DNA of 64,000 nt from an uncultured Rhodanobacteraceae bacterium (lineage in GTDB: Bacteria > Pseudomonadota > Gammaproteobacteria > Xanthomonadales > UBA2363). This document shows positions 32,869 to 42,104 of the stretch, one piece after another. Made by a program: the position numbers and the translations under genes. Location: contig CAZYHP010000001.1 in NCBI GenBank assembly GCA_964647135.1, positions 1,511-65,510 on the forward strand, written 5' to 3'. The notes below the pieces were generated by a model. The model was not told where the DNA came from and searched no databases. It saw nothing but the letters and a program-made list of their open reading frames with translations. Numbering within the stretch: the first letter of the stretch is position 1; every line of letters starts with the position of its first letter.

Positions 32869-33624
32869 CTAGCCGCCGGTGATCGCCAGGTAGCGGCGCA
32901 CGGTGTTCGCGAGTCCGTCGTACAGGGCTTCGCCGATCAACGCGTGGCCAATCGAGACTTCCGCAATCCAGGGAATCGCCGCCAGCAGTGGACCGAGATT
33001 GCGCTGGTCGAGATCGTGGCCGGCGTTCACGCCCAAACCCGCCGCGCGCGCCGATTCCGCGGTGCGCAGGCAATCGGCCAATGCGGTGCCTCCGGCGTCA
33101 CCGCGATCAGCAGCCTCGGCGTAGGGTCCCGTGTAGATCTCGATGCGGTCGGCCCCGATTTCGGCCGCCCGTTCGAGGTTGGTTGTTCCGGCATCGACGA
33201 ACAGGCTCACCCGGCAACCCAGCGAATGCAGGGCAGCGATCAGTGGTCGCAGACGCTCGCCGTCACGGTCCAGATCGAATCCATGATCCGACGTGAGCTG
33301 GCCATCACTGTCGGGCACCAGCGTGCACTGGGCCGGTCGGCTTTCGCGGACCAGTTCCAGCAGGCCCGGATAGCCCGCGCGCGCCGGCGCGAAGGGGTTG
33401 CCCTCGATGTTGAGTTCGACATCGTCACGGCCAGCCAGGAGACGTGAAAGGGCCCGGACGTCGTCAGGCCGGATATGGCGCGCGTCGGGGCGCGGATGCA
33501 CGGTCAGTCCGCGACAGCCTTCGGCCAGGCAGACGCGGGCGGCGGCGATGGGGTCGGGCAGGCTGCCGCCACGCGAATTGCGCAGCACCGCCACCTTGTT
33601 GAGGTTGACGCTGAGTACGGTCAT
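32869..33624 (-). CDS. pdxJ: Pyridoxine 5'-phosphate synthase
   Basis: 251 aa. It contains [16 protein letters not shown]...[17 protein letters not shown]...NIEGNP...VSLFVD...IEIYTG...LGVNAGHDL, the PdxJ motif series. Confidence 0.95.
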   Translation of the reverse strand: MTVLSVNLNKVAVLRNSRGGSLPDPIAAARVCLAEGCRGLTVHPRPDARHIRPDDVRALSRLLAGRDDVELNIEGNPFAPARAGYPGLLELVRESRPAQCTLVPDSDGQLTSDHGFDLDRDGERLRPLIAALHSLGCRVSLFVDAGTTNLERAAEIGADRIEIYTGPYAEAADRGDAGGTALADCLRTAESARAAGLGVNAGHDLDQRNLGPLLAAIPWIAEVSIGHALIGEALYDGLANTVRRYLAITGG

Positions 33625-33706
33625 TGCGGAGGTCCCGACTGTCTGCAGGCGCCTAGCTTAGTCCGCAAGCCTGCACACCGGCACCGCGCGTTCGACGGGA
33701 TCGGCG

Positions 33707-34606
33707 TCAGCGGCAGGACTCGGCACGTTCCTTCCAGAGCACCGGTTCCCAGTAGCTGCCATCGAGAATCCGGTCGCTGCGATCACGATGGAAACGCGCG
33801 GCGAGGAAGTAGGTCACGCCTGCTTCGATCTCGACATCCAGGTCCTTGTAGCCCCCATTGCGCTGGCGGCCGCGCTGTCGGTTGGCAATGCCGGAAAAGT
33901 AGGTTTCGTCGATCAACTCGGCCACCCGCACGACATGCTTCCCCGGTGCAAGGCGGACGACGTCCTGCTGGCTGGTGCCGGGAAGGCCACCATCGACAGC
34001 GATCAACCGTGCCGGAAAAAGCTCGCGCGTTCGCGGCGCGATCGCCTCGACGCTCAGGCGCCCGCACCGGGACGCCGGATCGCCCTCCACGCGCTGACGC
34101 TGGCCGCCAGTCGTCCCTTGCAAGTCCAGTTCAAGGCGCATTGCCGGCAGCATGATCGCTTCAAGGGTCCCTGCGATCTGCTGCGTCTGCCCCGCACGCA
34201 CAATGCTCAGCTCGATGCGACCATCGCCTTCCGGATCGTCGAGCAGTTCCCGCATGCGCCGGCTGCCTCCCTCGCCACGCAACCCGATGCCGTTGGCCGC
34301 CACCAGGCGGTCGCCGGCCTGCAGGCCGAGGCGTGCGGCACTCCCGCCCGGCAGCGTGCCGAGCACGACGAGTCCATCGGCGCTGTCACGATCGACCAGC
34401 AGGCCGAAGTCACTGACGCGCTCCGCAGGGCGATCGATCACCAGCGGGCTCTCCGAGTCGGGCAATGCGCCGGACTGGACAAGGCGAAGCAGGGCCATCC
34501 GGAACTCGTCCTCGACGGCGGCCGTGTCCGGCCCTGAAGCCCACGCAGGCACCGCCAACGCGAGGCACAGCGACAACAGGCATCTGAATCGACTGGGGGC
34601 ATTCAT
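33707..34606 (-). CDS. Secreted PDZ-domain protein of unknown function
   Basis: 299 aa. The signal peptide is LLSLCLALAVPAWA. The PDZ-like segment is VLGTLPGGSAARLGLQAGDRLVAANGIGL. It is last in an apparent ECF sigma / anti-sigma operon. Confidence 0.65.
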   Translation of the reverse strand: MNAPSRFRCLLSLCLALAVPAWASGPDTAAVEDEFRMALLRLVQSGALPDSESPLVIDRPAERVSDFGLLVDRDSADGLVVLGTLPGGSAARLGLQAGDRLVAANGIGLRGEGGSRRMRELLDDPEGDGRIELSIVRAGQTQQIAGTLEAIMLPAMRLELDLQGTTGGQRQRVEGDPASRCGRLSVEAIAPRTRELFPARLIAVDGGLPGTSQQDVVRLAPGKHVVRVAELIDETYFSGIANRQRGRQRNGGYKDLDVEIEAGVTYFLAARFHRDRSDRILDGSYWEPVLWKERAESCR

Positions 34607-34633
34607 TACAGGTCGTCCTGGATCACGTCGGAA

Positions 34634-35095
34634 TTACAGTCGCACCGCCACGCCACCTTGCTGGCGACTCAGGATAAGGGCTGAGAGGGCCTCGCTGCGT
34701 TCCCGCCACAACCGGTTGCGATGACCCGCATCACTGGACTCCACATACGCCAGGTCGAGGGCGTGGTCGACCCGTCGCAATTGCCGCAGCAGGTATTGTG
34801 CGCGCGCATCCTCGCGCAGCCACGTCCGATCCTCACGTTCGCGCCACGCCGACTCCAGTTCCGCGGAACGTTGCTGCCAGTCGGTATCGATGGCCGGGTT
34901 GCCCCGCTCGGGAAGCAGGAACGACACCGTCGCCAGCGCCAGAAGCATGCCCAGCACGGGCAGGCTGCGGTGGAATGCCAGCCGGCGCCGGTGCCGACGC
35001 AGCAGCAGATCGCGCAGCGAGGGGGGCGGCTCCACGACCGCCTGCGTTCGCAGCCGCCGCGCAAATTCGGGATGTGACAGTACTGAGGTTTTCAT
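34634..35095 (-). CDS. Putative single-pass anti-sigma factor
   Basis: 153 aa with one TM (LPVLGMLLALATVSFLL). The start overlaps the sigma-factor stop by ATGA (35092-35095). No recognisable zinc-binding motif, so the assignment rests on context only. Confidence 0.5.
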   Translation of the reverse strand: MKTSVLSHPEFARRLRTQAVVEPPPSLRDLLLRRHRRRLAFHRSLPVLGMLLALATVSFLLPERGNPAIDTDWQQRSAELESAWREREDRTWLREDARAQYLLRQLRRVDHALDLAYVESSDAGHRNRLWRERSEALSALILSRQQGGVAVRL

Positions 35096-35649
35096 GGCTG
35101 CACCGGTACGCCCTTTCGGGGGAAGTCACGCAGGCGCCTCAGCGCCCGCGACAGAATCGACTTGGAGTAGCTCTCGGACTGCTTGAACAGCGCCGCCATC
35201 TCACCATGCGTGAGACCTTCGACCGCGTGCAGCACGAGCACCAGTCGAGCCGTCGGTGACAGGCGCTGCAGCAACTCCTGGACATGCAGGGAATCCAGCA
35301 TGCCGTTCTCGACAGACAATTCCGCATGCGCGTCGTCCAGCGATACCAGGCGCTTGCGCTCGCGAAGACGGTCGATCGTCGCATTCGCGACCATCCGCCG
35401 CAGCCAGGCGCCAAACGGCGCATCGCCGCGGAACTGCCGCGCCGCCCGGGGCAGCTTCAGGAACACGTCCTGGACCAGGTCGGCCGCATCTTCCGGATGA
35501 CCGAGAACCCGCAGGGCCAGCCCATAGGCCGGTCGCGCATACCGGTCATACGCCGCCGCCAGAGCCGCCGGACTGCCTTGCTGCAGGTCCTGCAGCAGTG
35601 CCGGGGCGAACTCATGGCTGAATGTCGATGCGGTAGTAGTCGGATCCAT
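35092..35649 (-). CDS. ECF-type RNA polymerase sigma-70 family factor
   Basis: Track ORF 35092..35733, trimmed to MDPTTTAST. Region 2 is DAADLVQDVFLKL...FGAWLRRMVANATIDRLR. Region 4 is RLVLVLHAVEGLTHGEMAALFKQSESYSKSILSRALRRL. Confidence 0.85.
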   Translation of the reverse strand: MDPTTTASTFSHEFAPALLQDLQQGSPAALAAAYDRYARPAYGLALRVLGHPEDAADLVQDVFLKLPRAARQFRGDAPFGAWLRRMVANATIDRLRERKRLVSLDDAHAELSVENGMLDSLHVQELLQRLSPTARLVLVLHAVEGLTHGEMAALFKQSESYSKSILSRALRRLRDFPRKGVPVQP

Positions 35650-35862
35650 TCGCAGACCTAGACGACCCGGGACGCGCCATCGTCGCAACCGGAGACGGCA
35701 CAGACGATGAATCCGGACATCGCTGCCGTACAATAGCCGGCTTGCGGCCCGCTTTGGGCTCCGTTACGGTGACAGGCCGACAGACCGGTCCACCTGTCCG
35801 GACCGGGAATACCGGCCGGCCAACTCGGCACGAGGCGGACGCAACAGCTCCAGGAGACGCGG

Positions 35863-37707
35863 ATGAAACACGTTCTGGCCGGCACACTGGCCATTCTCGC
35901 CACGCCTGCGCTGGCCCTCGCCCAGGCGCTTGATTGCCAACGCTACGCCGACAATGCCGGCGTGATGCCTGCGGCCTATCCGCAGCATTGCCTCGGCCAG
36001 GTTCCGGTCGCACGGGCACCGCTGGCGAAAGCGCTGTCGGGGGATCCCGGAAGCACGGCCTATGCCGTGCAGCTCAGTCCCATGGCCGGCTTCGCGGAAC
36101 AGGGCTTCTACCGCTTTTTCCTCGATGACTTCGCCAACCCGGTGCCGGTCAATGTCGAGCCGGGTTTCGCAAACATGTATGGCCTGGATTTCAATCCGGC
36201 CGCCACGCGCCTCTATGGCATCCAGGCCCTGGCCGGCGGTTCGCCGCACCGCATCGTCACGATCGACACCGGAACCGGTACGACGCTGACGCAGGGCTTC
36301 ATGAGCAGCCTGCAGGTCCTGATGCCGCGCGACCAGATCACCGGCATGAGCATCGATCCGCGCACCGGTGACACCTACGCGTTGACCGTCAACCTGCTGA
36401 CGAACAATCCGCAGCTGACCGAAGCGCGGCTGTGGCGCGTCAACCTGCAGTCGACCGCGCCGACGCTGGTGGCACGTTTGCTGCCGGACGAGCCGCGCGC
36501 AATCTTCATCGACCTCGCCATCGATTGCCAGGGTCGCATGTTCGCGCACAACATCAGCGACGACTCGCTGTACCGGATCAATCCCAACGACGGGAGCGCC
36601 GAACGGATCGGCAGCCATGGCCAGGATGCGAATTTCGCGCAGGGCATGGACTTCGACAACGAGGACGGCGAACTCTATGCCGCCCTGCACACCGCCAATG
36701 GCAACAGCACGCTGGGACGCTTCAACGTGGACACCGGCGCCTTCGAAGCGGTGGGCGCGGGCGCAACCGGCCAATGGGAAGTGGCCTTTCCAGCCACCTG
36801 CGCGGCCAAGACCATCGATCCGGTGGCACTCACCGGTGGCTGGTACGCCCCGTACACCAGCGGCCAGGGTTTCACCGCCCGCTACTTCCCGGCCTCGGGC
36901 GATGTCTTCATGCCGTGGTTCACCTTCGCCATCGCCCAGGACGACGACGACGATGACGACGACGAGGAACGCATCAACCTGCACCGCTGGTATGTCCTGT
37001 TTGGCCAGATCGAACCGGGCACGCAGACGAACGAGCTGGAACTGGCGATCACCCAGGCGACGGACGGCAGCTTCGATGCCCCGCCCGGCGCCACCTCGCA
37101 GGTCGTCGGGCAGGCCCGGCTGCAGATGCTGTCCTGCAGCCAGGGCGTGCTGGAATATGCGTTCGACGAAGGGCACAACGAGGGCGTCAGTGGCCGGCTT
37201 TCGATGACCCGGCTGCTGCCACAGGGCGAAGCGTGCACCGACTACGACGGCCAGGTGAAGCCGGCAACGGGTGCGTACGATCCGGCCCTGACGGGCAGCT
37301 GGTATGACCCGGAAACGCCGGGCCAGGGCCTGGAGCTGTTCCGAATCGCACGCGACACCGACGCCGGCATCAACGGTCTCCTGTACGGCGCATGGTTCAC
37401 CTTTGCGCCAGCCGATGAAGAGGATGCCGGTCCGCTGCGCCAGCGCTGGTTCACCCTCGATGGCCAGACGGTCGAGGAAGACGGCGATATCAAGACCAAC
37501 ATCGTCTTCACCCCGGGCGGCAGCTTCGACAACGAACCTTCGGTCGGCGTCGCCTCGTACGGAACGGCCACGATCAAGTCGCTGTCCTGCGATCGCCTGA
37601 CGCTGAGCTACGAGTTCAACGACACCGCAGTCGTGGGCGAATGGCGAGACCTCTCCGGGGAAATCACGCTCTACAGGCTGGGCCCCTGTCCGCCACAGGG
37701 CGACTGA
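35863..37707 (+). CDS. Large secreted protein of unknown function: N-terminal propeller-like half plus two copies of the W-Y-x-P...GQG module, with a poly-Asp insert
   Basis: 614 aa. An AGGAG Shine-Dalgarno is present and the signal peptide is MKHVLAGTLAILATPALALA. The N-terminal half has repeated 'YGLDFNP / YRINPNDG / GMDFDN' segments. The C-terminal half has TGGWYAPYTSGQGF and TGSWYDPETPGQGL blocks. The D8EE run lies at 36940-36969. Confidence 0.75.
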   Translation: MKHVLAGTLAILATPALALAQALDCQRYADNAGVMPAAYPQHCLGQVPVARAPLAKALSGDPGSTAYAVQLSPMAGFAEQGFYRFFLDDFANPVPVNVEPGFANMYGLDFNPAATRLYGIQALAGGSPHRIVTIDTGTGTTLTQGFMSSLQVLMPRDQITGMSIDPRTGDTYALTVNLLTNNPQLTEARLWRVNLQSTAPTLVARLLPDEPRAIFIDLAIDCQGRMFAHNISDDSLYRINPNDGSAERIGSHGQDANFAQGMDFDNEDGELYAALHTANGNSTLGRFNVDTGAFEAVGAGATGQWEVAFPATCAAKTIDPVALTGGWYAPYTSGQGFTARYFPASGDVFMPWFTFAIAQDDDDDDDDEERINLHRWYVLFGQIEPGTQTNELELAITQATDGSFDAPPGATSQVVGQARLQMLSCSQGVLEYAFDEGHNEGVSGRLSMTRLLPQGEACTDYDGQVKPATGAYDPALTGSWYDPETPGQGLELFRIARDTDAGINGLLYGAWFTFAPADEEDAGPLRQRWFTLDGQTVEEDGDIKTNIVFTPGGSFDNEPSVGVASYGTATIKSLSCDRLTLSYEFNDTAVVGEWRDLSGEITLYRLGPCPPQGD

Positions 37708-37761
37708 GGCGATTCCATTCCTGGTCCGGGTCGTGCAGCCGTCGCCCGGATGACGCTTAAG

Positions 37762-37795
37762 GAACCCGGGCCGACTGGCCCGGGTTCTTTGTTTC
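37762..37795 (+). terminator. Rho-independent terminator between convergent genes
   Basis: The sequence is GAACCCGGGCC-gact-GGCCCGGGTTC (11-bp perfect stem) followed by tttgtttc. It lies 55 nt after the 37707 stop and 9 nt from the stop of the convergent 37804 gene. Confidence 0.85.
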
Positions 37796-37803
37796 ATCGT
37801 GGA

Positions 37804-38061
37804 TCAGGTCGCTCTGCGAAGCAGTCCTATCAGGACCAGCAGGATGATGGCGCCGATCAGCGCATAGATGATGGCGCCGACGATACCGCCGCCGATCACC
37901 ACACCCATGCGCGGCAGGAGGAAGCCAGCCAGCAAGGCGCCGACGATACCCACCACGATGTTGCCGACCAGGCCGAAGCCGTAGCCGCGGACGATCTGTC
38001 CGGCCAGGAAGCCGGCAATTGCACCGACAAGCAAGAACACGATCAGGGACGTAACATCCAT
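37804..38061 (-). CDS. GlsB/YeaQ/YmgE-family (transglycosylase-associated) small membrane stress protein
   Basis: 85 aa. Gly-zipper TM repeats are VGAIAGFLAGQIVRGYGFGLVGNIVVGIVGALLAGFLL. An AAGGAG Shine-Dalgarno is present. Confidence 0.85.
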   Translation of the reverse strand: MDVTSLIVFLLVGAIAGFLAGQIVRGYGFGLVGNIVVGIVGALLAGFLLPRMGVVIGGGIVGAIIYALIGAIILLVLIGLLRRAT

Positions 38062-38275
38062 TTCGGACTCCTTGAAGTGAAGTTGTGCCGACCCGGATCG
38101 GAACGCCTGCGGGTGGACCTGATGCCGCTGATGGCGCTACAACCCCATCCGGACCGCTTCGCGCCAAGTTCGACGCGCTCCGATCATGCGCCCCTCAGCG
38201 GCCCCTTGTCATGGTGCGCCGCCGCGAACCACGCCCGGCGCCGGCCTGCCGCCGCACCACCGGCAGCGCGGGTTG

Positions 38276-39283
38276 TCAGACCGTATCGCGGTGGTAGCCG
38301 GTGACGCGCTCGACTTCATTTCGCGACCCCAGGAAAACGGCGATGCGCTGGTGCAGTCCCGTCGGTTGCACATCCAGCAGGCGCTGGTGGCCGTCCGTCG
38401 CCGCACCGCCTGCCTGTTCGACGATCATCGCCATCGGGTTGGCCTCGTACATCAGGCGCAGGCGCCCTGCCTTGGCCGGATCCTTGTTGTCGCGCGGATA
38501 CATGAAGATGCCGCCGCGGCTCAGGATGCGGTGCACGTCGGCGACCATCGAGGCCACCCAGCGCATGTTGAAATCGACGCCGCGCGGACCGTCGCGACCG
38601 GCGACCAGCTCGCCGACATAGCGCTGCACCGGCGGTTGCCACCAGCGCTGGTTCGACATGTTGATGGCGAATTCGCGGGTATCGGCGGGAATCTGCACGC
38701 GGTCGGCGGTCAGCACGAAGCTGCCCTGCTCGCGATCCAGCGTGAACACAGCGACCCCGTCGCCGACCGTCAGCACCAGCAGCGTGCTGGGCCCGTAGAC
38801 GGCGTAGCCGGCGGCGACCTGGTGCGCGCCCGGCTGCAGGAACGCCGATTCATCGGGGTCCGTCACGCCTTCCGGGCAGCGCAGCACCGAGAAGATCGTG
38901 CCCACCGAGACGTTCACGTCGATGTTCGAGGAACCGTCGAGCGGATCGAACAGCAACAGGTACTCGCCCTTCGGATAGCGGTTCGGAATGGGGCTGGGGT
39001 GCTCCATTTCCTCGGACGCCAGGGCCGCCAGGTGGCCGCCCCACTCGTTGGCCTCGAGCAGGATCTCGTTGGCGATCACGTCGAGCTTCTTCTGCACTTC
39101 GCCCTGGACGTTCTCGGCGTCGGCACTGCCCAGCACGTTGCCGAGGGCACCCTTGCCGATCGACACGGAAATGGCCTTGCAGGCGCGCGCCACCACCTCG
39201 ATCAGCAGGCGCAGATCCGGCTGGATGCGGCGCGCCTGGTACTGCTCGTCGATCAGGTAGCGGGTGAGGGAAATGTGCGACAT
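38276..39283 (-). CDS. fbp: Class 1 fructose-1,6-bisphosphatase
   Basis: The track ORF starts at TTG 39304; ATG 39283 gives [14 protein letters not shown]. FBPase motifs are [20 protein letters not shown] and GGIFMYPRD...[13 protein letters not shown]. Confidence 0.92.
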   Translation of the reverse strand: MSHISLTRYLIDEQYQARRIQPDLRLLIEVVARACKAISVSIGKGALGNVLGSADAENVQGEVQKKLDVIANEILLEANEWGGHLAALASEEMEHPSPIPNRYPKGEYLLLFDPLDGSSNIDVNVSVGTIFSVLRCPEGVTDPDESAFLQPGAHQVAAGYAVYGPSTLLVLTVGDGVAVFTLDREQGSFVLTADRVQIPADTREFAINMSNQRWWQPPVQRYVGELVAGRDGPRGVDFNMRWVASMVADVHRILSRGGIFMYPRDNKDPAKAGRLRLMYEANPMAMIVEQAGGAATDGHQRLLDVQPTGLHQRIAVFLGSRNEVERVTGYHRDTV

Positions 39284-39382
39284 GGTGCTCGGCCCCGGCG
39301 ACAAACGTTCATTGTGCCCGATCCGCGCAGGGGTGGCTCGACGACTGCCGCCGAAGCCCCCCGTCCGCGCATGCCGAAATCC

Positions 39383-39820
39383 TCAACCCGCCGGTTCGCG
39401 CTCGACGATTGCCATGGTCAGGCGATTGATGCACACCAGCCGGCCCGCTTCGTCTTCGATCCGGATCGACCAGACCTGGGTGCTGCGCCCGAGATGTTCG
39501 GGACGCGCGCTGCCGGTCACGATGCCCTCGCGCACGGCACGGATGTGGTTGGCATTGATCTCCAGCCCCACCGCAGCCTGTCGCTGCGGATCGTCGAGGC
39601 ACAACCAGGCGGCCAGGCTGCCCAGCGTTTCCGCCAGTGCCACCGACGCACCGCCATGGAGCAGGCCGAAGGGCTGACGTGTCCGCGTGTCGACCGGCAG
39701 GGTGCCGCGCAGGACGTCGTCCCCGAGTTCGATCAGTTCGATGCCGAGGTGACCGACGAGGCAGTCGCGGCTGAAGGCATTGAGTTCGTCGAGGCTGGGC
39801 GTGCGTTTCCAGATCGGCAT
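39383..39820 (-). CDS. PaaI/YbdB-type hotdog-fold acyl-CoA thioesterase
   Basis: 145 aa. It contains GHLGIELIELGDDVLRGTLPVD...QPFGLLHGGASVALAETLGS, the typical PaaI-family core. Confidence 0.8.
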   Translation of the reverse strand: MPIWKRTPSLDELNAFSRDCLVGHLGIELIELGDDVLRGTLPVDTRTRQPFGLLHGGASVALAETLGSLAAWLCLDDPQRQAAVGLEINANHIRAVREGIVTGSARPEHLGRSTQVWSIRIEDEAGRLVCINRLTMAIVEREPAG

Positions 39821-39964
39821 CGGTGGTGTCCGGGACGGTGCCGGTCCGAGTGGCCGGCAGGGCCATGGAGCCTACGGCCGCCGCGGCAGGCGGGCAAGCG
39901 CGCTGCCGCGGAGTGACCGGGCGCCGCGCCTGTGCGAGCGCCGGTCAGCGGCCATGGCTGGACG

Positions 39965-40864
39965 CTAGACGTCGCCGCCGCCGTCCAGCCAGCCTTCGCC
40001 GGTGCCGCGGTGAACGACGTGGTCACCCTCGATGATGTCGCCGGCGGGAATGGCGGGCAATGGCGCCAGTTCCGCATAGATCGCGGTGAAATCCGGCCGC
40101 GTTGCATCGAACAGCTGCTGGAAGTCGTCGATGACGAAGTACGTCTTCTGGTAGGTGTCGATGCGGTAGCGCGTGCGCATGATGCGCTTGAGGTCGAAGC
40201 CGATGCGGTTGGGTGCCTCGCTTTCCAGGCAGTGGATCGACTCGCCCTTGCTGGAGACGATGCCGGCGCCGTAGATGCGCAGCCCTTCGGCACTGCGGAT
40301 CAGGCCGAATTCGACGGTGTACCAGTACAGTCGCGTCAGGTTCTGCAGCGCCGCCTCGCCCAGCCCGTGCGCCTTCACGCCACCGCGGCCGTAGGCCTGC
40401 ATGTAATCGGCGAACACCGGATTGAACAGCAACGGTACGTGGCCGAACAGGTCGTGGAACAGGTCCGGCTCGGCGATGTAGTCGATCTGGTCGGGCCGAC
40501 GGATCCACCAGGTCACCGGGAAGCGCCGGTTGGCGAGGTGGTCGAAGAAATCCAGCTCCGGCAGAAGGCCTTCGACACCGATGATCGTCCAGCCGGTGGC
40601 GGCCTCCAGCAACGCATTGATGTCGGAGAAGCGCGGAATCCGCCCGGCGCTCATCTGCAGGCCATCCAGCGCCTCCAGGTGCTCACGGCAGGCACGGCCC
40701 TGCAGCACCTGCATCTGCCGTTCGAACAGCGTCGCCCAGGTCTGGTGGTCCTCCTCGCTGTAGCGCTCCCAGTCCTGTTCCACCACGGCGGTGGTGTAGA
40801 CCGGGACGTAACCCTTGTCGGTCTGCTGGTGTTCGACGCGGCGCGGTGTGGCGTTGCTGGACAT
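39965..40864 (-). CDS. phhA: Phenylalanine 4-monooxygenase
   Basis: 299 aa. It has the aromatic amino-acid hydroxylase core with iron ligands in PDLFHDLFGHVPLL and ...YWYTVEFGL. The size is typical of bacterial PhhA. Confidence 0.9.
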   Translation of the reverse strand: MSSNATPRRVEHQQTDKGYVPVYTTAVVEQDWERYSEEDHQTWATLFERQMQVLQGRACREHLEALDGLQMSAGRIPRFSDINALLEAATGWTIIGVEGLLPELDFFDHLANRRFPVTWWIRRPDQIDYIAEPDLFHDLFGHVPLLFNPVFADYMQAYGRGGVKAHGLGEAALQNLTRLYWYTVEFGLIRSAEGLRIYGAGIVSSKGESIHCLESEAPNRIGFDLKRIMRTRYRIDTYQKTYFVIDDFQQLFDATRPDFTAIYAELAPLPAIPAGDIIEGDHVVHRGTGEGWLDGGGDV

Positions 40865-40980
40865 GCGGTGGACTCCGTAGGTTGCATGATCCTACGGCAT
40901 CGATCACGCAAGAGGCTTGCGAGCGTGCGCTTCCGGGCCGAATATGCGCAATATTCTTCTGTCACCGACGCCCACGACGC

Positions 40981-41457
40981 ATGATTCAGCTCGACCGCAC
41001 CGACGTGGCCATCCTCGACACGCTGCAGCGCGAGGGCCGCATCAGCAACGCCGACCTCGCCGAGCGCGTCCACCTGTCGGCCTCGGCCACGTTGCGCCGC
41101 CTGCAGCGCCTCGAGCGCAGCGGGGTGATTGCCGGTTACGGCGCCCGTCTCGACCCGGCCGCCCTCGGCCTGGACCTGACCGCTTTCGTCCGCGTGCAGC
41201 TGGAAAAGCATGGCTCGGCGTCCATCGACACCTTTGTCGAGGCGGTGCGTGGCTGGAACGAGGTGGTCGCCTGCCACGCCCTGACCGGTGACATGGACTA
41301 CCTGCTGCAGGTGGTGGTGCGCGACCTCGCGCATTTCTCGCGCTTCCTGCTCGACCACCTGCTCAATGCCACCGGTGTCGCCGACGTCAACTCCAGCTTC
41401 GTGCTGCGCACCGTCAAGGCGCCATCCGGATTGCCCCTGCCGGCAGTCCATACTTGA
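40981..41457 (+). CDS. Lrp/AsnC-family transcriptional regulator
   Basis: Track ORF 40846..41457, trimmed to MIQLDRTDVAILDTLQREGRISNADLAERVHLSASATLRRLQRLERSGVI (HTH) plus the C-terminal RAM/AsnC ligand domain. It is divergent from phhA. Confidence 0.9.
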   Translation: MIQLDRTDVAILDTLQREGRISNADLAERVHLSASATLRRLQRLERSGVIAGYGARLDPAALGLDLTAFVRVQLEKHGSASIDTFVEAVRGWNEVVACHALTGDMDYLLQVVVRDLAHFSRFLLDHLLNATGVADVNSSFVLRTVKAPSGLPLPAVHT

Positions 41458-41511
41458 ACCGTGCGGCAATTCGCAGGAGTATAGACTTTCGCGACTTGAA
41501 AGGAAGGCGGA

Positions 41512-42018
41512 ATGTACAGGCTTGCGCAGACGCTGACCCTGCTGCTGATGCTTGCATCGGTTGCGCTCCCTTCGAGGGCGCAGGTGGCGCCGCAGGTCCA
41601 GCACTGGGAGATCCAGACGGTTGGCGACGGTGTCGTCGGGATCACGTTGGCAGGTATCTGGAACACCAGCTGCATTCCCCGCGAACCGGTCACTGCGTCA
41701 CGCCAGGGCACGATCATCCACGTCCATGCGACGGCCGGTGCGGCACCAGGCCAACTGTGCTTCCAGGCCGGCCGGCCCTGGAGCATCCAGGTCCTCGTTC
41801 CGGGCCTGCAGCCGGGCGACTACGAGATCCATGCCAGCCACTCGCGGCCGGAGGTACCGGAAATCGTCACGCCATTCGGCCAACACATGTTCACGTACAC
41901 GCCGTCACCGCTCGGAACCGCGGCGCAGCCGGTGCCCTTCGGTCCGCTCACCTGGATGCTGCTCGTCCCGGCGCTGCTGGCACCCGTGGCCTGGAAGCGG
42001 CGCCGCGCTGCCGGCTGA
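41512..42018 (+). CDS. Small secreted protein with a C-terminal TM + Arg-cluster tail (sorting-signal-like)
   Basis: 168 aa. An AAGGAAGG Shine-Dalgarno is present and the signal peptide is LTLLLMLASVALPSRAQ. The C-terminal tail is PVPFGPLTWMLLVPALLAPVAWKRRRAAG. No family recognised. Confidence 0.65.
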   Translation: MYRLAQTLTLLLMLASVALPSRAQVAPQVQHWEIQTVGDGVVGITLAGIWNTSCIPREPVTASRQGTIIHVHATAGAAPGQLCFQAGRPWSIQVLVPGLQPGDYEIHASHSRPEVPEIVTPFGQHMFTYTPSPLGTAAQPVPFGPLTWMLLVPALLAPVAWKRRRAAG

Positions 42019-42104
42019 GGCCGGCTTCGGGCGGGCAACAGGCTTGTCGAATCGTGCCGCGCGCGTTCGACCAGCTTGGGTCACATGACCGGAGACGCGG
42101 AGCC

